This document shows, in pieces, positions 25,760-36,339 of a stretch of DNA of 36,861 nucleotides. The position numbers were made by a program, and so were the translations under genes. Origin of the DNA: Basidiobolus ranarum (lineage: Eukaryota); assembly GCA_040143965.1 (NCBI GenBank), contig JASJQH010000056.1:1-36861 (forward strand), written 5' to 3'. Under the pieces are notes generated by a model that did not search any database, was not told the origin of the DNA, and saw only the letters and a list, made by a program, of their open reading frames with translations. Every line of letters starts with the position of its first letter. Within the stretch, counting starts at the first letter, position 1.

Positions 25760-26061
25760 TTTACTCTCTTCTATCAGAATCAATAGGTTCAAAATCGAGG
25801 TAAGCTATATTGTTAAAAGCGATAATATCGAGGATAGTTACCAAATGTTTATGTTCAGAAAGTATCTATTGGCAATGCTTTTCTATTTTCTATTATGAAG
25901 CAATCCAAGTCTATGATGAAATATAGCCCGGTAAGGAGGATAGACACAAAAGCCAAAGTCTCTTGGTAAGTGTAATTATGGTGATAATAAATCTAATTGT
26001 GTTGTTGCTCGAATGGGTTAGGAACCAGCAGGGTGAGTTAATATATCCTCATTCAAGATTC

Positions 26062-26220
26062 TCCCGATAAAACATATTTTTGTTGATATTATTCAAAGGT
26101 GCTGTACAGCGCAGTGAGAGGATTGTCTACAGAAGATGGTCATTGCTAAAATCCGTCGAATTCACTGCACTACCAAACATCGGGAAAAACAACAAACAAC
26201 CATTTCCCGATAAAAATATT
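26062..26220. promoter_or_regulatory. Cluster of three TCCCGAT motifs upstream of the cyclin gene
   Basis: TCCCGATAAAACATATTT at 26062, TCCCGATAAAAATATTT at 26205, and the inverted copy ATCGGGAAAA at 26179. Confidence 0.4.
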
Positions 26221-27257
26221 TCCTATATATTATCTAATTGATGATAATCAACCAATGCATGGGATTTCTTCGATTTCTGAATTCGATTCCATGCCAAAAT
26301 GAGGCATCGTTTGAACAATCCAAATAAATCAAGGTATAGATATGAATGTGGCTATTAACCTGGTCCTGTTGAATGTACAACCAACATACACAAAGGAGTT
26401 ACAAGAGTGTGGCCTCCATTGTAAGCGATCTACACTTGAGATGTCAATCGGAGGAGGCAATCTAACGATTCAGCACTGCGCAGAGATGGGCATTTACGTT
26501 GCTCTACATGCATATAATATCAGGATGTTTGCCAAGGCTTCCATATTTACTCTTTTCAAGAGAACAATTGAAGCCCATTTTTCCACTGGGGACGCCACCA
26601 TCCTATTATTACTTGATTGCCGCTTCTTCTACCAGCCCATCGAAAAAAGCAAATATGACATATTCTAAGATACCAAATTCGAATGAAGCTGCATTGATAT
26701 AGCTGGCTAGTGAAATTCATGATATCGCACGCGCAAAATAAATGTCGCGTCGATCTCATATCATCTCAAGCAAGCAGCATCAAGTTCATATGCTTCTCTT
26801 ACAATTGCCAGTCGATAGAAATCAGCTAGAGTCAATATTCAAGTGACCTTCGAATACACTTGGTTAGCACTGCTCAGCAGTACAATAGCAGACTCGAGAT
26901 TCGGCCTAAAAACCAACTTGTTGGTGATGAACAACTGCACATCATTGGTTCAAAATGAAATCGGTAGTGCACAAAAGCTCTAAGCCCCTCTATTCTGAGT
27001 CGCTCCCCCAGTATTTTCACCATGCGGGCCGTTTATATGATTGAGCATACACCGTTTCAATGGAGTGACACGATCAAGGGGTACATACTGACATTACTGG
27101 CTAGCACACCTTCTCTTCTATATTTAAACGTTAGTTGAGTGTCCTACATTTTATATTTCTTTGCCCATCAGTTCCATCCTTCGTGTGCTTGCTCTTTATT
27201 GCTTGTTAATTGCAAGGAAAACTGCATAAACAACCTCCCCTCAAGAAGATTACAGCT

Positions 27258-27993
27258 ATGAAAACCGTGCGAATTCCTATCATCAATTCATGCTGCTTTT
27301 GTATCAATCTGAGGACTGCAACACTTGTGCTCTCTTCTCTCGGCATTGTTAGTGAATCCTTCCTTGTAATTTTGGGTACTATAGTCCAACGTGTACTATG
27401 TGTTTCTAATATCCTATTATCTGTCAATATGTAGTTCAGTCATCTATATAGCGCACTTATGATCCGGCAGGTATCTAAGAGTCAAGAGTCAATCTTCTAT
27501 ACACTTTGGGTTCTTTACTCCTATATATCCATGGCAATTTGTGGTGCTGGGGCCTTTGGAGTGTACAAAAACCGAAAGAAACTTTTGAAATTCTTTGCCC
27601 TCTATTACTGGGTAGACCTTGCCTTTGGTTTTTTCCTCAGTATCCTCTTTTCAATCAAAGCATTCAATTTAGAGGATTCAATCTGCCAAGAGCTGGAGAG
27701 TAATCGTATGAGCAAGATCAATTTGGATATTTGCCACCAATTCTACAATAATGCCGCATTGGCAGCTCTGGTGGCTCATTCGCTTTCCCTTGTTGTTAGA
27801 GTAAGTCTTGGCCACACTAATATGCTTACTCTCAAAACTACTAAACGTTTATCATTCATGTGAATAGTTACATTACTCTCTTGCGGTTTGGTCCTATTAT
27901 AGACAGACCAATACCACTCGTTACACTCACATTGGTTCTTCCGAAACAACCGACAGTTTGTTTGAAATGGATTTTGAAGATAATGCGAAGTAG
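27258..27993 (+). CDS. Small four-transmembrane protein (LAPTM/Mtp- or tetraspanin-like topology), ~193 aa; exons 27258-27347, 27435-27800, 27868-27993
   Basis: N-terminal SCCFCINLRTATLVL motif, four hydrophobic helices and a Cys pair in the TM3-TM4 loop (SICQE...DICHQ). Introns 27348-27434 (GTTAGT..TAG) and 27801-27867 (GTAAGT..TAG) keep the frame to an acidic tail ending DFEDNAK*. Confidence 0.82.
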
Positions 27994-29233
27994 ATACATT
28001 TCGTCCAACTCCCGCAGGTAGTGTTTCCCAGATATCCGTTGCTCAGGATAGTGATACGTGAACACTCAGTAGTATTCCCCTAATATAGCTTCATTCCCTA
28101 TACTTATTGTAATATTTCAAGCAAGTTAATTGGCTTCTTTCAATTTCATTTTATTCTTCGTTCAACAAATCACCTCAATAAACCCAAATTACACTATACT
28201 TAGACACAGCATTCAGAACTATAAGCCGGTGAACATGAATTGCTCGTTTAGGGTTACCGCAGAATACACCACTTATTCTTTACACGCCGTCCACTCGAAT
28301 ATACCTTCAAAGATACTTGCGGTTCTGGCTTACTGTAGACTGGTTTAGGGTTATCTAAAATGGAAAAACTTGGGACCGTTTTGGAATTAATTAAATGCAG
28401 AACCTGTCTCAGAGGCCCATATACAGGTAACCAGTAATGAAATGATACGGGATGTCGTAGATTCCCCTAGGTTTGATACCTAGATATCCAAAGGGTATTT
28501 TCCTTAAGAAAATTGATTAGTCTAACTCACATCCAAGAAATAATTGGAAACTACAGCTTTATTATCATGGCTATGACTTCATAAAGCTTCCTCGTAAAAG
28601 TTGGTTTGTACTAATGCTTAAATCTTCCAGAAATGCCCTTCTTAGTAGACAGTAGTCTCTGTTGAGTAGAGCATGTCTGAGCCACTTCATCTACTTCATT
28701 ATAGATTCCATTGTTGATCATAACAAAAATCATAGAAACACCAGTTAGAGTTGGTAAGGATAAAGTTCATTTCTCACCAAGAGTTCATCTACATGGAAAT
28801 CACCTCAAATCACGATATTTCGAAAATAAAGCCCATCTACTGCAGCCTATTATCTCTATGGGAATTCTTTTACATTACTAAGCAAATCTTGTGTTGACAG
28901 GAAAGGCCAATGTTGAATCCAGTAAATTATTAATAAATGAAGTATTTTCTTACCACCCTCTACCGTTCACGAGAGAGGTAAACTAAATGGATTGAGAAAG
29001 TCATCATCATGAAGTCCATATGTTTAACTTTCCAAGAGATTTATTTAGCGATGATATATAATGGAAATATGGCTAATCATAAAAGTAAATAATTACGAAT
29101 CAAGTTGAACGCACCAATGTTAATTACAAAAAGATAATGGTGCTAGAATGAAGTGAGGCTCGATTAAATCCAAGTCGATCTTAAACAAAGTGTGATTGTT
29201 TGAGCAATTAGGTGATTGAGCATAATGGATACT

Positions 29234-30778
29234 TTATATCTCGTTTGGAACCGGTGAAGAGGCGGCGTTACTACTTTCAGCTTGATTGATATCAGCGTCA
29301 GATCGTACGTTAGGAGTAGTGGTTTCTTGTAGAGGAGTTTCGCCAGCGCGAGCGTTATTATGTTGACCAGTAATCTCTTCAATACTACGTCCTTTGGTCT
29401 CAGGCAAGAAAAACAGAACACCACAGAAGCCAACCACGCAACAGAATACAAAGATTAAGAACACATAGCCGTGCATTTTATCCTTTAACGACGGGAAAAA
29501 GAATCCAACGACGAAATTACCGAACCAATTGAGACCAAGAGCGCAAGAGGCTACGGTTGAGACGGCTCTAGTAGGGATAAGCTCAGACACGATTAGGAAA
29601 GGGATGGGTCCCATACCCAAAGCAAATGATACAACAAAAGCGAACACACCAAGAATGACCAGGCCTGAATCGTTGCACTCAATACCGATTATCATTAAGA
29701 CATTGAAAGACGCCATACCAGCCAGACTAATAAGTACAAGGATCTTTCTACCAACGCGATCAATCAAAAGGATGGTAACAATTGTAGCAATCAAGTTGAT
29801 ACCACCAATACCCACTGTAAGGTACTGGGCAGTCTTGTTACCGTAGATTGAGGTGAAAATAGCGGTGGAATAGTACATGATACCGTTAATACCGCAAAGC
29901 TGTTGGACGATACATAAAAACACGCATAAGAAAGCATGCTTGCGTGTTAAAGGATCCTTCATGATGAACCTAAAGCCATCCATCATCGATGTTTGTTCGC
30001 CTCTTTCTTTAGCCTCAGCACGAGCATCGACAATAGATTTCAATTCATTCGTCACATCCTTACCTTTACGTAGTTTTCGTAGTGATTTCTCAGCATCCTC
30101 AATTCGATCTTTGGAGATGTAGTAACGGGGAGTCTCAGTAATGAAAGAAAGTGTAACCAGCTGTGCTATTGCAATAGCTCCAGTAAGAGCCAAACAAATA
30201 CGCCAACCGGCACGAGTAGATAAACCGAGGCCGGCGGCTTGAGTAACCAGTTGACCGATAACACAAGCAAGTTGGGTCATAGCACCATATGCACCACGAA
30301 CCTTGGTGGTTGATACTTCACCAATGTACGTTGGAAGTACAACAGTACCAAAACCAGAGCCAATACCGGTGAATAGGCGGCCAACGATCCACATTCCCTT
30401 GTTCTTGGAAAGACCAATAAGTAGAGCGCCAAGAATGAAGAATATGTTGTTGAAAAGCAATGAGTTCCGACGTCCAAATTTAGCTTGACACCAACCAGCA
30501 GAAAGACCACCGATGGCACCACCAATAGAGAAACTACTCACGGCAAAGCCCCACATCCAGTTACCCATTGGGAAGCAGCGAGGAAAACCATCGACTTTCT
30601 CATCAGGATAGTCGCAATCAATGATCGAAGCTTGAATGATATTGGTATCGGAGGTGTTCCAACCGTTATTAAAAGACACGATACAAGCAATGACTACACA
30701 CAACGTGGTGTAGAAAGAGAAGCCGGCCTGAGACGAGTCAAGCGAGCTCTTTGGTTCTTTTTCCGAACGACCGAACAT
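29234..30778 (-). CDS. MFS sugar porter (GLUT-like hexose transporter; resembles the yeast vacuolar YBR241C/VPS73 group), ~514 aa, intronless
   Basis: Sugar-porter signatures FGRR, YIGEVS...RG, TETPRY, QQLCGINGIMYYS, IDRVGRK, GMGPIP.LI.SEL, NW..NF.VG..F and PETKG, with 12 hydrophobic segments. The first ATG is at 30778; the ORF-track start at 30853 is a TTG. Confidence 0.94.
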   Translation of the reverse strand: MFGRSEKEPKSSLDSSQAGFSFYTTLCVVIACIVSFNNGWNTSDTNIIQASIIDCDYPDEKVDGFPRCFPMGNWMWGFAVSSFSIGGAIGGLSAGWCQAKFGRRNSLLFNNIFFILGALLIGLSKNKGMWIVGRLFTGIGSGFGTVVLPTYIGEVSTTKVRGAYGAMTQLACVIGQLVTQAAGLGLSTRAGWRICLALTGAIAIAQLVTLSFITETPRYYISKDRIEDAEKSLRKLRKGKDVTNELKSIVDARAEAKERGEQTSMMDGFRFIMKDPLTRKHAFLCVFLCIVQQLCGINGIMYYSTAIFTSIYGNKTAQYLTVGIGGINLIATIVTILLIDRVGRKILVLISLAGMASFNVLMIIGIECNDSGLVILGVFAFVVSFALGMGPIPFLIVSELIPTRAVSTVASCALGLNWFGNFVVGFFFPSLKDKMHGYVFLIFVFCCVVGFCGVLFFLPETKGRSIEEITGQHNNARAGETPLQETTTPNVRSDADINQAESSNAASSPVPNEI

Positions 30779-33700
30779 GATTCTTGATATAGTGAATTCA
30801 ATAGGATTTAAGATAGATTGATAGTTGCCAACGACAATAATGTAGAATTGCAACCAAGATTGAAGAAATTGTAGCTTGATAAAGCTGGACTTTAATTTTG
30901 TAGATTAGTTTTTGAAATGATTCTTCCAGCCATCGTGGCCAGGGTGTTTATAGTGTTCCTTCGGATTCAATGGATTTGATTACCCGTGTTCTATTAAGCT
31001 TTTTTAGGATTAATCCGCTTCTGTCGTATGTGGACTTCTTTATTAAGAAAGAAAATAATGAAACGTCTTTGAATTACTGTTTTTGCCATTGCTGATGTCT
31101 TGATTACACGTTGGCTACTTTTAAGGAACAGCATAGTCCTATCAAGTATGATGATTGGAACCAGCCTGCTGTAGCGCCTTTACAGTCTCTGAATATTGGT
31201 CAGATGGCCTGGTTTCTGGCATTGAATTTCAACTTGTGATCATTCCGTTCTCATCACGGAGATGAAGCTGCCTAGCTTAAACTACACTCGTTGAGCAGAA
31301 AGTGGTCATCGTCCATGGATGAATCTGTCCGAGCGTTACCTACACACCTTACTGGGCTTATAGATCCTAAGATTTGTTGTTTTCACAGTCATGTATTCAT
31401 CGCGTAATGTGCCATTTTACTACAATGCCCGAATCAGGTTCAAGCTGTTTATAGCAGCAGCAGGTACTGAAGAGTTGCACAACGGTGACAACAAACAACA
31501 CCTGATCGGGATAGAGAGCTGGAAGTAGGCAATAGATCAAGACCAAGCAGAGCTGCGATGTTAGGTATGACAACCATATACCATGGTGCTCTACATGTGC
31601 AAGAGTTAGCATCGGTGCTTGTTGATCGTGTAATGCTAGCCCCGTTATATACCATGGGATGGAGTTGGTTAGCCATATTTATGGGTTATCTAGGTAGTGT
31701 TGCCTTTTGAGGGGGTAGCAGTCTCCTGAATCGATCACCTTCAAGGAGTATTCATTGGAGCACCTAGGCTGGTTACGGATGATGCTGGAGAGCACTAGAG
31801 AGTGGGATTTTGCTATTGGGTTTGGGATGTTATGCCAACATGGGTATCTATATTAGTAGAGTGAGCCGTCATCAACATTGAGCAGATCATACCCTGTGAC
31901 AGGTTTCTTCTCCACACTTTGGTGATTTTAGGCCTTAAAAGACGAGCACGAGCGGCAGTCTATAATTTCCATGGGTTTCCTCACTGGCAATTATGGTGTG
32001 AGCCCTCGCCGAAAAGGGAATCTTGCGTAACTAGCAAAGATTTACACATTGCATCATACTTCCTATAATTGGCCACCATCTGGGACTGTGCAGATACACA
32101 CGTTTAAAGCGTCTGGCTCCATTTCCTGACATGCTGGCATTACTGATGAACAATTCCTGCGTTGTTGGGTCTGCAGAAGCAAACGTAAACCAAAAGCTCT
32201 TAATGTGTGCATCGATTTTGGGTAGATCTTTGGGCACATCAACATCATAGATATCTGGATATGATGTATAAGGTGAGGTTATGCGCAAACAATTTCGGAT
32301 AGTCATTCCTTTTCTGGATTTAAATGGATTCTAGTCACCAATCACAGCGGTATATCTACCCAAGTATGGAAAGAAAGCCACCCAAATTTCTAACTACTAT
32401 AGCATTGATGGGCACAGCTACTCAGCCACCTCGAGATTATCGTGTAGATTTAAGGGAAACTATGGGTGCATGCAGAGTTGCCGTAGGTATTTGAGATGCC
32501 ATTGTAATAGCGGAGTATTTAAGGCAATACGCAACTTGTGTTAGATGCTTAGATGAATCAAGAATCGGAACATAGAGCTTCTATTTTAGGTATTTTATGA
32601 GTTTGCAAGGTTCGACTGGAAATTTCGTTGATTTCCCAATCAGCCACGAGGTAAATCAGTTTACTGCCATGGATATTGAGATGACTGTCGACAATACAGT
32701 CCTCTGATTTGAAAACCAAGCAGAGAATTTGAGGTGAGGCATTCATTATAGGTATCTAGGGTTAAAGGGAGGGATTATTGCACTGGTATGTGTGACTCTA
32801 TTGTAGGGTTAGGGTTAGAATAAGTGCCGTTTACTTGGGGAGTATCAAATCACTAGTGAGATGTTATTTCATTAAATATTATTCATAAAATGCCAAATAC
32901 AAAATAAATCTAAAAAACCTAGGTCACTTCGAAGTTGGTAATTAAAAGTCGAATTTAGCCCCAATACAAATATCGTCATCAGCTTCTAATTTTCCTTGAT
33001 CCTAGCCTCGTATTTCTATATTTTTTTCATATAGTTCTAGCGACAAGATCCTTTGCACATAAGGGTACGGTATCCGTCAAGTTCTCTTATATTTGCTGCT
33101 AGAGAGAGATGTTAACAAACTGAGAGTGTTTGAGTACAATTGAGAATTGTTAATCATCATATTTTCCACTCTACAAGGTAATGAGCGAGTGAGGCATAGA
33201 CAATCAGCACTTATCTTGTAGAACACCAAGTGTAGTTAGGCTAAGGGTCAAATGGTTTAAATATTACTTAATCAGAACAATATTATATGCAAAAGGACAT
33301 TTGAGATAAAATTTTCCTTGCAACTTGTGATCAAATACGTACATATGGTTAGCAATATAATCAGAATTTGACTCTGTAAAGATAATGTTGAGTAGATAAG
33401 GTAATTAGCATGGAGAAAAATAGGATGAACCCACTGAATAATTGGACAGAGGCCAGAAATAACTTAAACTATTGGATATTGGCTCCAAAGAGTATATAGT
33501 ATGTTTTGAGCTAGCACTTCAAGTTTTTCTGCATGTGTTTGCAAGGCTACAACATGGGGCCATCAAGAGTTGTTTTCCAGCAGGATAGCATACTTAATGA
33601 GTATGTTGATGGTCATTCCTTAATCAATAGGTAACTAGTATAATATGATAAAGGCATAACCTAAATACTACATTCAAAGTACATTTGTTTTTGCAGATCA

Positions 33701-33964
33701 GGCATCAGAGTTTAGGACAATAATCAAAGAATTTATGAAGCATAGAATATTCTCCTACAGTGTGAGTAAGCTGAGGTACTACAGAACTAGCCTCCATGTA
33801 ATCCAATCTTACTCATTTTATAGTATCAGACCTGCAATGAATCCATGTAAGCATTTGTAGAAGCTTATTATATAGAAAGTAAGGCATGAGCTGTTAGAAA
33901 CAAATTGACCTATTTCTTTATTCTGGTAGGTAGCTTTCAAGATATTGTGGGATAAGGCTCAAAG

Positions 33965-34894
33965 TGTTGAAGTATGTGAGAGCCTATTGGAAGTGCTTTG
34001 GAGAATTAGAGAAATTGGTGGTTTTCACTTATTGATTTATTGAGTAGAAAGTTGACATTTATAGTTTTGACAAGATGTAAACAAACTAACATGTAGAATG
34101 TATTAAGCAGGTTCCCAGGAGCATGTGTGCAAAGTTAGGGGCTTCTAGCATAAGTTGGGAAAATCTATGTATCAGAGAGCTTCTATGTCGGGAAAAACAT
34201 TTCAAGTAAATTCCAATTGAGAATAATATATAGTATATTAGTGAAATATAAGATAATTTAGTACTAAGCTATATATGACTATATAGGTGTTTAGGCAATG
34301 CAAATTTCAACACTCTTCCTCAACTAAATAGTCATATAAACTAATCCTAAGGAAGGTATAAATTTCTCAAATTTCTGTTGAGCTAATGGTTTGGTTGATA
34401 TAGCAGTAATCATATCTTCTGTGAAGCAATAGGTTAAGTCAATAAGCTTATTCTCTATATTCTCTTTAATGAAGTGATGTCTAATATTTATATGTTTGCT
34501 TCTATTATAAAAGGTTAGATTTGTAGCTAATTTGATGCATCTTCAATTATCCAGAAATATTCTAATTGGTGAATATTGAGAATGAACTAAATCTGTCTTG
34601 AGCTTTGTTAACCATATTGCTTCTTTTGTTGCTTCACAGGCTGCCACATATTCTGCTTCTGTTGTTGAAAGTGCTAGGGTAGGTTGTTTCTTTAAATTCC
34701 AAGAAATTGCTCCATCGCAGCAGAGAAATGAGTATCCTGTTGTAGATCTCTGTCTTCAATATCTCTTCCTCAATTTGCATCCAAGTATCCCATCAGATCA
34801 AAGTTTTATCCAGAATATGTGCATTTTAAGCATAGGTCCACAGTACCTTTTAAACATCTGAAAATCTGCTTAACTGCTATGATTTGGTTATAGG
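33965..34894 (-). mobile_element. 5'-truncated, inactivated Ty1/copia retrotransposon: RT end and RNase H (34894-34324), PPT (34325-34313) and 3' LTR (34312-33965)
   Basis: The minus strand reads AVKQIFRCLKGT..., MGYLDAN*..., RSTTGY...GAISW..KKQPTLALSTTEAEYVAACEATKEAIWL...DN*..., KHI.IRHHFIKE...YC.TEDM....TKPL...KFEKF...LGL, with stops and frameshifts. PPT AGTTGAGGAAGAG abuts a 348-bp LTR bounded by TGTTGAA...TTCAACA. Confidence 0.93.
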
Positions 34895-35248
34895 TGTTCC
34901 AATGATGGTAAAGGAGGGTAGGGGGGATGAAAAGCACCAGGTGGTGTGGACTTTATTTATCTTATATACTAATCCAAACAAAGTACAATCACTACATCAA
35001 TTATCAAAGTTATTATGACAAAACTGGATCATATCCATACTTGACTTGATGACCAATATAATCCAGTTCTGAGGATCCCTAACAAAAATAAAATCATTTT
35101 GATCCAGATTGGATCCACCCTTCTGTTGAAGTTTATTGTCTTTATCATATTTGTTATCTCTATCTTTTTACACCTAACTATTTCATATATCACATATAAG
35201 TTAGTTAACATTACTTAGTCAAATGTCACTTAGCTGAAAATCGGAACA
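34895..35248 (-). mobile_element. Second-family LTR-like element (354 bp, TG..CA), probably a solo LTR
   Basis: Termini TGTTCCAAT (34895) and ATCGGAACA (35248) form an 8/9 inverted repeat. The minus strand has TATATAA followed by AATAAA near its 3' end. Copia homology stops at its edge. No TSD is visible (ATAGG vs TATAT). Confidence 0.55.
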
Positions 35249-35759
35249 TATATTATATATATATATCAATAATGTGAGAATTGGCAATTCCATATTGGAA
35301 GTTTCAAACTTGTCCAAATTGCCCCAAAAATAGCTTATTTTACTCCCGCAGATGTTCTGAACACAACCCCAGTGTTAGTTTTCTGTATTTCCACCAAAAA
35401 GTATAAATACTTTATTTCTGGACAATAAACAATTATCTCACAAAGCTATTCACAACTCCACTTTTCTAAAGTTCCTCCAAACAGCCCATATTTTCCCAAT
35501 AAGGCAGAGTAGTCAAAATCTTGTTCAAATCTCAATATATTCATACTGAAAGATATCAATTGAGAGCTCTAGACCTAAGACACTATGAATAAAGCTTTCA
35601 TTACCTATTGATTGTGCAATAATGTGTAAAAGTACTTTGCCTAAATATACCACAAAAGTAAAGCTACTGTTTTGAAATGGTAAATAACATTGTGCTGGAT
35701 GGTGCCCAATTGTGCCAATTTGTGCTGGTACACTTTTTAGCTGGCCTGATCTGGCTCAA

Positions 35760-36058
35760 TAAAATGGAACAAGTCTATTGTTCTACAGAACACATGATTG
35801 CTAATATTTTAACCAAACTAATAGCTAGCAAGAAATTTGAGAAATTCAGACCTTTGTTAGGATTAGTTTATATGACTATTAAGTTGAGGAGAGTATTGAA
35901 ATATTCATTGCCTTAGCACCTATATAGTCATATATAGCTTATTTAAATCTAGACAAAACTATAAATGTAAATTTTCAACTCAATAAATCAATAAGTGAAA
36001 ACCACCAATTTCTCCAAGTCTCCAAACCACTTCCAACATGCTCCCAAATACTTTAATA
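35760..36058 (+). mobile_element. Second 3' fragment of the same copia family: RNase H C-terminus, PPT (35882-35893) and internally deleted LTR (35894-36058)
   Basis: Translates as YCSTEHMIANILTKL..SKKFEKFRPLLGLVYMTI, followed by PPT AGTTGAGGAGAG. The LTR matches both ends of the 348-bp copy but is 165 bp, missing ~183 bp internally. Confidence 0.88.
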
Positions 36059-36339
36059 TTAGTAGATGATGTTGCAGATTAGTTATCAGGGGATTTGCAG
36101 GATATTTCTGTTAATGGATGGCAATTTTGTTCATATGAAGTTGTGTCTATGCATTTTCATTAAACCAAGTTTACCATCTGGATACTTCAATGCTATTGAA
36201 AAAGTATCTAAAACATAAATCAAACTTGGCTTTCAAGCAAAAGCTTGCAGGCAGGTAAAGAAAAAGATCATCAAGAACAAAAGACTTAATTAATGAACAG
36301 TGTAGCCATCCATTCTCCACTTTGGAAGGCCTTATTATG

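Noticed and set aside
26342..26759. 108-aa ORF and overlapping ORFs upstream of the 4-TM gene
   Set aside because: No recognisable domain, and overlapping ORFs on both strands suggest chance or decayed sequence.
268..30778. The eight genes as a functional cluster or novel pathway
   Set aside because: Functions are unrelated, spacing is wide, and there is no biosynthetic core enzyme or shared regulatory signature. Only conserved synteny could rescue the idea.
29529..30787. Plus-strand ORFs within the sugar porter
   Set aside because: Antisense shadows of a hydrophobic CDS.
34598..34861. 87-aa plus-strand ORF
   Set aside because: It is the antisense of the copia RNase H region.
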